Shown in pieces: positions 42,979 to 55,200 of a stretch of DNA of 64,000 nt. Numbering within the stretch: the first letter of the stretch is position 1; each line of letters begins with the position of its first letter. The notes under the pieces were generated by a model. That model worked only from the letters and a program-made list of their open reading frames with translations. It did not search any database and was not told the DNA's origin. Both the position numbers and the translations under genes were made by a program. The stretch comes from Auanema rhodensis (Eukaryota; Animalia; Nematoda). The stretch is taken from the NCBI GenBank assembly GCA_964057225.1, contig OZ059895.1:17050001-17114000 (forward strand), given 5' to 3'.

Positions 42979-45390
42979 AGAACAAAGTACTGAAAACAGC
43001 TTGTATAATGATAATGAAGAACGACTGACTCAACTACAAAGATAATCAATCAAGGGTTTCCTATCTTTTTCATTCGTTTTACTGATCTTAGTGGAATTTG
43101 TTATTTTTTAATCTTGTGACAAATTTGAACTTCGACTTTGGTCTTCACACATAACATATTTATTTAAATTTCATCATTGAAAATACTAGAAATAGAGATT
43201 CATTAATTGTTTAATAATGGTAAAATGTTTAAGTTTTTGCGACATTAAATTTCAATGTGAAAAGCTAGTTACTTATCTTAGTTTCATATCAATGAAGTAA
43301 GATTTTAACATAATGTTCAGTTAATCTCCTACGTTTCTTTAATATGAACGACCGTAAACATCATGCAATAGTTATAATACTTTTGTGTTAGCTTTACTGA
43401 GATTGTTTGTTCAATTTTCAAGATGATCTACGTGCAAAAGAGGAAGTTTATTACATTTAATGGGATTCTTCATTTCATATTGAATGATTTTTCTCCAGTG
43501 CTTAGTTGGTTAATTTTTCCGGCCTCAGAGGCTGTTCTCAAATTTGAAATGAAAAGAAAGAAGGAGAAAAAAATTGGCGCAGTGCACTTTATTTTTCGAT
43601 TTTTGGCTCAAAAGTCGTATGTGACAAGAAAAATCATCACAAGAGGGACTATTTGTGGATTGGGAGGGTGGAGCTAAGATGAGTTGTGCACGATGAACTG
43701 AATAATCTTAATTAACGTTTGAAGTACTTGAGCAAGTGCAATCTTTTCTTAGATATGTTGACCATTAAAATTGATTGAGGGAAGCTATTATATAGATCAA
43801 GTTGAACAACATTTTTTGCGGTAATTAGTAAGGTGTTTTTCGAAGTGCATGGTCAGTTTTTTTTTGAGGAATATTACGTGTGTGTGTGTCTGTAATCTTT
43901 TGTAAACAAATAAGATTCATGTTATTAAGAAGCAAGTTTAAACAAAATACTTCGTCCTTCGCTTATTGTTCAACAGTAGGGGTGGTTCTTGGTGTGTTAG
44001 ATTGACAAATCATCTGAATATTACATGTTTCCAGTCAAATGTAGTTTGATTGACTTCTGACATTGTTCAGAGTTGTATTGATTGAAAAGGGAGGGATACA
44101 ACAGGACGGACCCCAACCTAGTCCACCTTGCTTCATCTTCTGAAACAACTTTCTCTTCATTGATTCAAGAATTAGCGTTAGTCATCGGAGAATAACACAA
44201 AAATAAGGCAAAATATAATGTAATTCAACATTTCTTTCCAGGAAATGAGAAGAATATTCTAAAAGAAGATTCAAATATGCACCCTATCCTTTGACATCAA
44301 TTCGAAAAAGTTCAAGAAAAGTATGAGAATCAGAAAGGTAATATGACTCACGCACACAATTTGCTTGTATTAACTAACCTGAATCATTGAAAAGAATAAT
44401 ATATTGAATTAGTAGAAATATGGTGCGGGATTGTCGTCTTGCTGAAGACATGATATTCGAGATTATATGAGTATTTAGTAACGAGAAACAATAATGTAAT
44501 CATCGGGCTAACAGCTGACCCTGTTCTCTGTACAAAAAGTCCAAAACAGCTGCTTTGTATCATCAAGGTTTTCAATTTTTTTATTCTTTCCCATCCTCAG
44601 AATAGCCTGGTAACATGCTGTTCATAGCAGAGTTGCTGAACCCTTGCTCATGAAAAGGTGTAAGTGTGACAGAAAACCTGCTCAAGATTGCTGAGTGTAT
44701 TGTAGAAACTGAACAATCATTCGGTCAAAGCTGCGATAATCAAATTGAGGATTCCGTTTCTGTGTTTTTATCGTTTCGGGGGGAATACCCTTTTCGCAAA
44801 TTCCGAAATAATTATGAATGTCTTAAACAGTATATAACGAAGCCTCAATGAGACTATTCAACTTCACCTTTGCCCCTTGCTCCGATTTGTTATTTGCCTT
44901 GTAAACAGACATACACGCACACAGAGGGAGACTAGAAGAACTATCTTCGTGCTCGAGACACTAGTTCGCACTTTATGTTCGTTCTCTCTCATCCGTAGCG
45001 CGTCTTCTGTTCGCTTGCCAATTCTGGAGCACCGTATACTTCTGTTTTGGCCACTTTTTCAGGAAAATATGCTGAAAATTTCGAATTCGAGTCGTTCTAG
45101 AAGATTTACTCAGACACCCCTTCAGGACATTTCCTCTGAAAATTAACGAGAAGACGTTTTTAAATATTTTCGAAATAATGTTTTCCATGAATTTTGTTTT
45201 TTTTTGTGATTCTCTTGTATGTTTTTCTGATTGTTTCACCTTCACGTGAAAATTGACGTGACAACTACTGATATTCAAATTTAATTTCATTTTTTTGAAA
45301 ACAAGTGAAACGGTTGGTCGTTCAGTGACTTCTGATTAATCGATTTTCTCAACTTCAAATCCATATTTCATTTTTTTAATTTCAGCTTTC

Positions 45391-47042
45391 ATGGCTCTCA
45401 CTCCTCCGGAGAGGAATATAAGCGATCCCTTTATTTACCATGTCAGTACAGCAAATCCCATTAAGTTGGTTAGTTATAAAACAACATTATATTCATGTTA
45501 ATATTAAAATTATTGATTTAGGTATCGTTAGGATTTGAAGCAATTGTTCATTGGCTTAACAGATTTCCAAAACTTCGTCCAGACTATTCTTTTCCTTCTT
45601 CATTCTTCCATGATTTAAGTGGTTAGATAATGCCTTTAAAATGATTTTATTATGAATTACAGCAATCACATTTTCCTTGAACGAAATAACAGTATTGTGC
45701 TCACTGTCAACGTTATTCACTCTTATTAGATATGCAGTTCAGCTCAGATTACAGGTTATAACTCCATTCACCCTTACAAAATTGTATCGAAGACGATAAA
45801 AATTTCTGGAGATATGGGGAATTGAACCCCAGCCCTCTCCCATGCTAAGGGAGCGCTCTACCACTGAGCTATATCCCCACACTAAATAAAAGTTTATGGG
45901 TTGCATTTGTTCCAATCATCTTCTGGATGATTGATTCTTATCTCTTTCTCTGCTGAGATATTCACGTTTCAGCAATATGCAGCTCGAAAGGGTTTACTCC
46001 CTCGTCACAGCCACAAATTCCCTGAAACAGTATGGAAACTAATCTTCTACGGAGTAGCTTGGTTAATGTCTCTATACGTCATGATTACCTCAGATGATTT
46101 GAACATTTTTCATGATCCCTTGTCTATGTGGAAAGGTTTGATATTGGAATAAAAATCATGAGATTCATGAGTCATCTTGTAGATTGGACAACAGGAGTAG
46201 CTCCCCCTATTCCGAAACCCATATTGGTTATCTATACTGTACAAGCTTCTTTCTATCTGCATTCAGTTTACGCTACTCTATTCATGGATCAATGGAGAAA
46301 GGTAGAAAATATATATGTACACGTCATTCTGATGACAAGGTATTGCAGGATTCGTGGCTAATGTTCTTGCATCACTTTATTGCTATCGCTCTCTTAGCCA
46401 TTAGTTATGTACAAAGGTATGATCTCAGAATGGGAATATTATGTCACATTCGAGATAATTTTAAGATTCGTATTACCAGGAGCATTGCTTGTGTTCCTTC
46501 ATGATAACTCGGATTCAACATTGGAAATGGCTAAGCTTGGTCACTTCATGAAAAACCGGAAAGATGGTTCAGAATCGCTGTTCTGGAATGTTTTCGGCTT
46601 CATCGCCTTCTGCTCGTTCTGCGGCTTATGGTTGAAATTGGTCAAAGAAGACAAATCTTTCATTTGAACATTGCTTTAGGATTGTTTTTCGTCTGTATTG
46701 GTACCCATGCAAGTTGCTGTATGCAACAATTTATGGAGCTGTATATCTAGCTCCACAAGATGCTCCACTCTTTCCTATTCTCGGCGTTATGCTTCTTGTG
46801 ATCTTCGCTATGAATGTCTATTGGTTTAACGTAAGTCTTCAAATACATTCTTTGAATATGCCGAAATCAAAAATCAAACTATTCTTCTGTTTCAGTTCAT
46901 TGCTCAGATGATTATTCGGGTCGCAATTAAAGGTGAAGAGCCAGAAGATAACAGAGAATGGGATTCCCGAGCAGTATCAGGCTTAGACGGTAAAGACTTG
47001 GACAAGCTGGCAGAAAACGTTCAAAAAGTAAAAACAAAGTAA
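45391..47042 (+). CDS. lagr-1: Ceramide synthase (LAG1/TLC domain, CerS1-like)
   Basis: [13 protein letters not shown]-terminal motif, [12 protein letters not shown], Lag1p motif [23 protein letters not shown]...[21 protein letters not shown] and EPEDNREWD; TAA at 47040-47042. Confidence 0.88.
45807..45878 (-). tRNA. tRNA-Ala (anticodon AGC), antisense within a lagr-1 intron
   Basis: Reverse complement GGGGATATAGCTCAGTGGTAGAGCGCTCCCTTAGCATGGGAGAGGGCTGGGGTTCAATTCCCCATATCTCCA (72 nt): cloverleaf, G3:U70 Ala identity pair, A and B boxes, T5 terminator a few bases downstream. Confidence 0.97.
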
Positions 47043-48233
47043 GACCATGTACTTACGATCATTTCCATTAAAGGTTTTACATTTTAAGTGAAACTTTTTG
47101 CTTTTTTTTTTCAAAAACTTTTTTTGGTTGAAGAAAATTTCTTCATACTCATAATGTATGTTAACATATAAATCAACCTTATATGGTTTAATTATAATAA
47201 CATAAATCATAATTTATTTGTTGATCTAGAAACTTCTAATGTTTGTTGTTGACATTTTATCAAATTTTTACATATACATATGTATAAACATCTAATTTCA
47301 ATTTATACATATACCATATAGTATAGTATATACAAATCAATATATCATAACTTTGAATTATAAGTTTTTAGTTTTTATAAAATAAATATACATTAAATTC
47401 TTTATTATATGTTCTTTATTATAAAAAAAAAGAAAAGTAATTATATTATATATGGATATGACCTGTTAAATATTTATTGGACATATGCCAAGAAGACAGA
47501 CAACAAAGCATACACCAACATACACCTTGTTGATATCACCTGATAAGTCAAATATTTCTAAATAACTCACTGTTAATATTGATTTATCCAGCAGCATTTT
47601 TTCTAATTTTAGTTGTTTTTCCAATGAAATCTATGTAGTTAATTGTCTTTTTTTCTTCTCATAGTACCATCCATGTTTGGTAATCATTCTCGTGGGTGAC
47701 CTTGGACCAATTGAAAAACCTAATGTGTCTTTTTTCCACAATTTTTTAACCGAAACACTAACAGATATGAATAAGAGATGAAATCTTTTTCTAATAATTT
47801 CATTTCAAATATTAAAATATTTTGAATTTTCTATTTATAATGTGTGACATTGAACTAACTATAGTACTGAATGTAACATATGATATGAGCTTAATTGCAA
47901 AAGTTTCCTAAAATGTTTTCTTTTTTATTCAAATTGTTTTGTTTTTCTTATTTAATTTAATATATTACTCATATCCTTTTTTTATGTATTTTCTAGTAAT
48001 ATCATTGGTTTTTTTAATCATTTTAATGACAAAATCATTTTATTATATGACTCATCATCATACATTCCTGTTCATTTTTCAATTATTTGTCATTTGAAAA
48101 GATATTAAAACAATGATTTTTTCATATTTTAATTCCATTTTCTATGTATTTCGTTTTCTATTTTAAAGAATTTGTCATTACATGAGGTTTTGGGTGAAAA
48201 TAAGAATATTTTAATGGATATTTATAATGTTCG

Positions 48234-48322
48234 TGCTCTTGCTCAATGCTCTTGCTCAATGCTCTTGCTCAATGCTCTTGCTCAAAACTGCAATGTTCGT
48301 GCTCAATGCTCTTGCTCAAAAC
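48234..48322. repeat. 13-bp minisatellite (GCTCAATGCTCTT)n with an internal AATGTTCGT/AAAACT duplication
   Basis: About four tandem units in 48234-48285 and about two more in 48301-48318. Confidence 0.85.
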
Positions 48323-48673
48323 TTACTTTCTTTAATAATTATTGTGAAACGATTTAGAATTGTTTATTGTTGAGATGAATCTATTGTTAGATCTAACGAC
48401 TTTATAATATTGGACTGTTTATTATAAGGCGGCCAATTTATGATTATAAGTCTTTTAGGCGCTAAGTTTAGATGATGAGTAAAAACTTGAGCATATTTTC
48501 TTCCCTTTTTCTCCTTCTTCTACACGCTCTCTATCTCTATATCTATCCCTATCTTACATATACTGTCATCAAATCCTTTAGATTCATATTCATAAATACT
48601 TACACAATCTCTTTATTCTTCTTTCTTTCTCTTCATCTCTCTAACCTTAAAAATCTTTTTTCTTGTATATAAT

Positions 48674-49108
48674 CTATAAGAGTTCTAAAAGTTTATATCT
48701 TCTTTTAATTGCGTCATCACAATAAGCAATTATTACACCAATACTGAAGAAATTGTGTGAATTCTGTACGTATAGGTCATAATATCCGATTACATTATCG
48801 TCGGTCCAGGTAATAGAAGGGGAGAAAACGGCCAGTTTAGCACTGAGCTGTTTCTTATACATCATGAGCAGTGTCATCTTCTGTACTTCCTCTATTATCA
48901 AATCAGATTTTGTTTGCTTAGCCAATCGAAAAATAAGCTCTTCAACAGTTTTCTTCAAAATAGAACATTCTGCTACTTCATCTGACGTGATGTTTTTTCT
49001 TTTTTTTACAGTTTTGCTGCTCTGATGTCTAGTAGGCTTGCGCGAGCGAGACGAGACTAAGCAAACACGTATGCGGAAGCTGACCCAAACTCCTACTTGA
49101 CCACATGC
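48674..49108 (-). other. Orphan open reading frame (~145 codons between stops, no ATG at its 5' end)
   Basis: The frame of track ORF 48674-48958 stays open upstream through ...RSRKPTRHQSSKTVKKRKNITSDEVAECSIL. Protein-like composition; no family recognised and no in-phase first exon found. Confidence 0.3.
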
Positions 49109-52100
49109 TCATACTATATGACCATTCATCGTACATTACCTTCATGTATATAATAATGTCTTTGAATATCTGTATTATAAAGATCTGCACATGTATGGTT
49201 ATTGCTTACTTTTGTCATTTTTCACAATGTGATTGCGTGCTGGGTTGTGGCTCAAGTGAATAGCTATTGGCTAGCTTGTAACGCTAGAGCCGTAAAGCTG
49301 CAACCTTTCCATACCTTACCTTACTCATCATTCATGCTAGGTCATCCTCAACTGCACTACCCTTCCATCTATTCAAAAACTATTTTTAACTTCCTTGTAC
49401 TTCATTTGCTTTTAACGAAATCAAGTTGATTAGCTGATCTGTCCATCTTCTCGGCTATTGACTAGAGATGAATCATCATTTTCTTGTCTGCACACGGTCA
49501 GGGTGTCCTTGTTTTCCTTCATCTGTATCGTTTGTCTCCTTACTTTTGTACTATGTGTTGTCTAACGGACGTTTTCTCGTAGTCATCATTGTCATCCAGC
49601 CATTACCTGTCAGCCATCTTCGTATCAAGCATGCAGTTAGATGAGATCGTTGAGTATCAATTCATTCAATGTGTATTCATGATATATCCTCATCATACTC
49701 TTACATTGTCTTCTTCTCACGTATCACGTGTATAATTATGCTAATTTTTTACATTTAATTAGAAATTGGGCTGATTGTTTCCCATATGGTGAGATGTGCT
49801 AGGGCTCGCCCCCTTCTTCCCACCACTTCAACTGCAACCGGTTATATGCCAACTATCATATAAACTCCTGATCGTCGATCATTATTGTTTTACCCATAAC
49901 ATATCTACACATCTGAATCATTTTATCGGAAAATGCCTTTTTTCCGAGCTCTTCATATGCACCTACTTTTTTACTTTTTCAATCCTGTTGACTTAGTAGC
50001 CGGATATGGCCTTTGATCTATTTGCCTAAGTACGGTTAAACTGACTCACTGATGATTAATGAAGCTTTATGGTTACCTTTTATCCTGCTATATCATACCA
50101 AATGTTTTTATATATCCCTCTCTATCTCTCTCTCCCTCTCTCTCTGTAGATCTTACATACCTCAGATCTGTATCTCGTGTATCTTTATGTTTTCCTCTTT
50201 TTCTATGAACATACTTCTGTGTATCAATATGATCGAAGATATTTTATTTTTCTAATGTTATAACTATGGAATATCCTATCAAAATATTACTCTCTCTCTC
50301 TCTCTCTCTCTTTTCTATTTTTAATGTCAATAATCGATGTCTTTTCTAACGAATTATTCGTCCAACCCCTTCAATCCTTCTATATCTGCCGATTACAACT
50401 CTGCTGCCTGCTCAATCTGAGGATATTCATTGATTATTCTATACTATTACTCGAACTCCCTTCAACTTCTTCAGACACTCTGATTAACGTTGAAGATGAT
50501 TGCCATAATTGGACCCATCTACAAACGTCGGCCTACTCATTCTATTGAAGTTGACATAATTGCGTTTAGTGACCCAACTGACAACGGGAATAGAAATGAA
50601 ATATAGAGAAAATATGACTAGATGAATTGAATGAGAGAGAGAGAGAGAGAGAGAGGAGAGTGAAGGTGTGGTTACATAGAGAGAGAATTCATGGGTGGTG
50701 AGTCAGCTGTTAGCTTTTTCATTGCTTCGTCTTTTTTCTTTTCTTATGGGATATCATGTAAAGATATTATAGCTCCAATATCCTCATAGATTTTTCTTTT
50801 ACAATAAATTCTTGTGATTACTTCTTTGATGTGTGCCTGTTATTCCAAGAAACCCTGCTGCCCGTTGTCTCCAAACTAGGAGGAGGCTGTCAACTAAATC
50901 ACATGCCGCTCATTTTGCTTAGCACAAAGGCATTTTATTCGAAATACGTTTTAATATCTGAACTCTCTTCTCTCCATTTCAGTCTATTATGTTGTTCATC
51001 ATCGTAATAATAGTCGTCTCATATAGTTCAAAGTATTTGATCAAGTTTCAGTCCTCTTTTAGTCTCATCTCCCACGCTCATCATCGTTGAGCCTCCCCTG
51101 AAATCCTGCGATTATGCATTTGTTTTGGATAGCTTTCATGTTCTTGTGTCGTAGTTTGCACGTGCAGGATGACACTAGATTCATTAAAAGTTTGTCCTTT
51201 GTTCTCTTCTTAAAAATGTTTTTCTTTCTCTGCGTTACGTGTCGACAAATGTTGCTTTCTTCTCTTTTCTACGAAGTATTCATATTTTAATTCAAAACAT
51301 TTCATAGAAATATTGCGTGTACGAACTTTTAAATCCTTTTCTGTAGCTCCTTTCACACACAGTCTAACTTATGTTATTATATTTTTTCTCTGTCTAACTA
51401 TAAAAAACCTTGCGCGCTTGATCAAACACATAAGAGAATAGTTTAGTACCATCTGATAAACCTATTATAAGGGTTTGTCATAGCTCGTTTGGCATCTTCC
51501 GTTTGACATCTTTCATTTGACACAGATACTCATCTTGATCCCTATTGATTCTTTTCGCCGCTGGTAAAGAGATCAAGTGATCGTGGCCCCAATTATTCCT
51601 CCAATGTTCTTGGTTTTTCCTTTTTTTTCTTGAAGAGATGATACAGCTAAACGTTTTCCTTCATGTTTAAACAAACAACTGTAAGTTTTAAAAGCATAAC
51701 TGTTTCTATATTCTCTTCTATTGGCTTTGGCCTAATTCCTTTGCATATTATTTACGTGTGAAGCCTTACTACTCCTATTTTCCATTCAAGGTTGTTTATT
51801 TCATGACTACCCCCGTACACTCTCACTCCGCACATTCATACCCATACACACACACACACACCCTCATTTCGTCTTTCCACGACATCATCGTCTTCATTCA
51901 CATATTCTGATTCACGAATTACGAAGATAATTTGATTTTCCATAAAACGTTATTGTCTATTAGGAGTATACTTCATACTTCTTCGATTTTCTTCTGAACG
52001 ACGACTTTGAATTCGCAGCTGTTTTGATGACCATCGATCATCATCATCAGCAGTGCCGTTCAATTTTTCCAATACTTTTGTTTCTTTTATGCTGTTTATG

Positions 52101-52243
52101 CCTTAACTTCGACGAATTATTTTTAAGTTTTATTATTTTCTCTTCTATTCTTATCGTTTTATAGTTATCATTATAAATTTGACCTGATAACTATTAGATA
52201 AAAGTAAAATTTACTATTTATTGACACAAACTTTATTATAGGT

Positions 52244-55200
52244 ATGAAGACGCTAGGGGTTTTTTGGATTTTTTTGTTGTATATTTCACAAACTGGCGGA
52301 GCTGCTCGAAGAGAAGACCGAACCAAGGGAAGTGATCCTGAACCTACCGGTCCTAACGTGTGTACCCAATCAGTCACGTGAGTTTTTCTCCAAAATGTGA
52401 ATTTTAATTTTTGAATTTTTCAGCGTTAATGAATATAAATTAGAAAAAGTTGGTCGGCCTTTTCAACTTCATACTACGGAGTCATGTTCTGATGTTTTTA
52501 AATTGTTCAAGTGTCCTGTGGTGAAGTAAGTTCATTATTCTAAGAAATACATTTTTTAAAATCATTTTTCTTAGAAATGGAACTCGTTATACTTATGAGA
52601 ATAAGTTGGAAAAAGTTGAAAAATTTGTAAAAGTATGTTGTGAAGGTTATTATCAAACCAAAGATAATGAATGTAAACGTAAGTATTCTGTGAAGCACTG
52701 AATTGTTCAAGTTTTATCGAAATTTCAGCTAATTGTGATCCTCCTTGCAAGAAAGGACGATGTGTAGAGCCTAATGTTTGTGAATGTGATCAGGGGTATG
52801 GTGGACCAACTTGCGCTTCAAGTAAACTTATAGAAATTTTCCTGTTTAAACTTCTTTTTTTAGCTTGTGCTGTTGGCCAATGGGGTCCTTCATGTAAAAG
52901 AAAATGTGATTGTGAAAACGATGCTACATGTGATCCAGAAACTGGCAAATGTATTTGTCCTTCAGGTTTCTTTCAATATCGAGGTGTTGTGGCAAGTATT
53001 TGTTTTTAGGATTTATGGGATCTCGTTGTGCAACTGAATGTCCAGATGATAAATGGGGATCAAACTGTACAGAAGATTGTTTATGTCAAAATGGCGGTAA
53101 ATGTGATAAAAACGGAAAATGTATTTGCCCTGATGGTTTCTCTGGTGCTTTCTGCTTACAGAAATGCGAAGACGTATGTGCAAAGGGTCGAGCTGTTTTA
53201 ATACTTTCGAATTTATTTTAGGGGACATTCGGAGCTGATTGTAAATTTGAATGCAATTGCCATAACGGTGCAACTTGTGATCCATCTCAAGGAGTTTGCC
53301 ACTGTGCTCCTGGCTTTTATGTGAGATAATTAGCTTTGATGTGATGTACGGTTTTCATTTTAGGGTCCGACATGTGAAATGACTTGCTCCAAAGGATTCC
53401 ACGGCTCCAATTGTACTGAAAAGTGTGATTGTTTGAACAACAATGAATGTGATCCTGTAACAGGAAAATGTCTCTGTATAGGGTGGTTGGGAGAGAAATG
53501 TGACATTGGATGTCCAAGAGGAAAATATGGACCAATGGTATTAAAGACTTGAAGATATTTTAAATTTTATTTCTAATTTAGTGCTCTTTGTCTTGCTCTC
53601 TGTGTCAAGGTATTGAATGGAAGGATTCCAATGCTGCATGCGACCCTATTACTGGCAAATGCATGTGTGAGAGAGGGTATAAAGGACCCGAATGTAAAGA
53701 AAGAGGTAAGAGAAAACTTAAATTTATTGATAACTTATGTTCTCTAGTTTGTCCTGCTGATATGTTTGGAGTAGATTGTAAAAGGCAATGTACATGCCTT
53801 ATGGAAAACACAGAATCGTAAGTATTTTCATAACTATTGTTTCATTTTGTTTTTCTATCATACTTTTCGATCGTTTAAGCTTATATTTTGATTGAGATAG
53901 TACTTTCCTATGTATTCTAAAGTAAAAACAACCGCTCTGTAGTGCAAGATCTAAATTAATTTAGAATTTACGTATTTTTCACTTGGTTTACGTGAAAAAA
54001 TCAATTTAAAATTTAAAATGGAGGGAATCTTAATTACAGTGAATTATCTAGATTCTTAATATTATTGTTTCATAGTTTTTACTTAGCTAAAAGCTTTAAA
54101 TCTGATCTTTATTTTATTTTAGATGCGCTCCTGATACCGGATATTGTCGTTGTAAACCTGGATATGCCGGAGATTCATGTGAACATGTATGTTCTAAGTT
54201 ATATTGGGGTTAGCTAAAACTAAATTGTGATGTTTTCATAACGTTTGATCTTTGTGTTACAGGAACATCATGCTCAAAAGCGTGTAAATGTGATTTCACG
54301 AGAGCTAGTGAATGTAATCCAAGTACAGGCGCTTGTGTTTGCCTTGCTGGTTTTACTGGAAAGAAGTAAGACTTTCTTATATTGATGAATATACTTAACA
54401 TTCAATATGTAGTTGTACTGAAGAATGCCCCGAAGGTAAATTTGGATTAGGATGTTCATTCGATTGCAAGTGTGTTAACGGAAAATGTAACAAGAAGGAC
54501 GGAACCTGTGAATGCGAGAAAGGTACACACAAGCAGTAGTCTCTTTTCATTTCTAATGTTTTCTGTGTACAGGTTACCATGGCCCACTATGTTCTATCCC
54601 TTGCCCTGTCGGACATTTTGGTTCATCTTGCGCAGTTTGTCAATGTAAGAATGGAGCTGGATGTGATCCTGTTGATGGAAATTGCCACTGCTTATCTGGA
54701 TGGACAGGACCCAAATGCGAGCAGACTTGTCCTTCTGGTAGTTATGGACCACATTGCAGTTTGATCTGTCGTTGTAAAAACGGTAAATGTGATCCAGTAA
54801 CTGGAGAATGTGAATGTGATGAGGGATTCAATGGTTAGTTCGGGATTTTTTTCTACCGGATTTAACTTTAAACTTATAGGACCATACTGCTCCAGTCAAT
54901 GTCCAAAGGGAAAATGGGGAGACAAATGCCAATCAGATTGTGATTGTGGTGATCATGTTTGCCAGCAGAAAACAGGAAAATGTGTTTGTGAAGCTGGGTC
55001 CATTGGTAATAAGTGTGAAAAAGGTATTTGAGTTTACTTTCTTATTGGATTTAACATTCTAACATTTTAAGCTTGTGAACCTGGTACTTTTGGTTTCTCT
55101 TGTGAAGAGAAATGTAATAACTGTACCATGAATGGTGAACCAGCTCAATGTGATGGACGTTTCGGTTATTGTAAATCTTGTCCTATTGGAAGGTAAAAAT

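Noticed and set aside
48234-48322. CRISPR-like array
   Set aside because: Contiguous 13-bp units with no unique spacers, in a eukaryotic context.
48455-48466. Isolated TTAGGC/GCCTAA words as interstitial telomeres or DNA-elimination break sites
   Set aside because: Only single hexamers with no array; I cannot match a break-site consensus reliably by eye.
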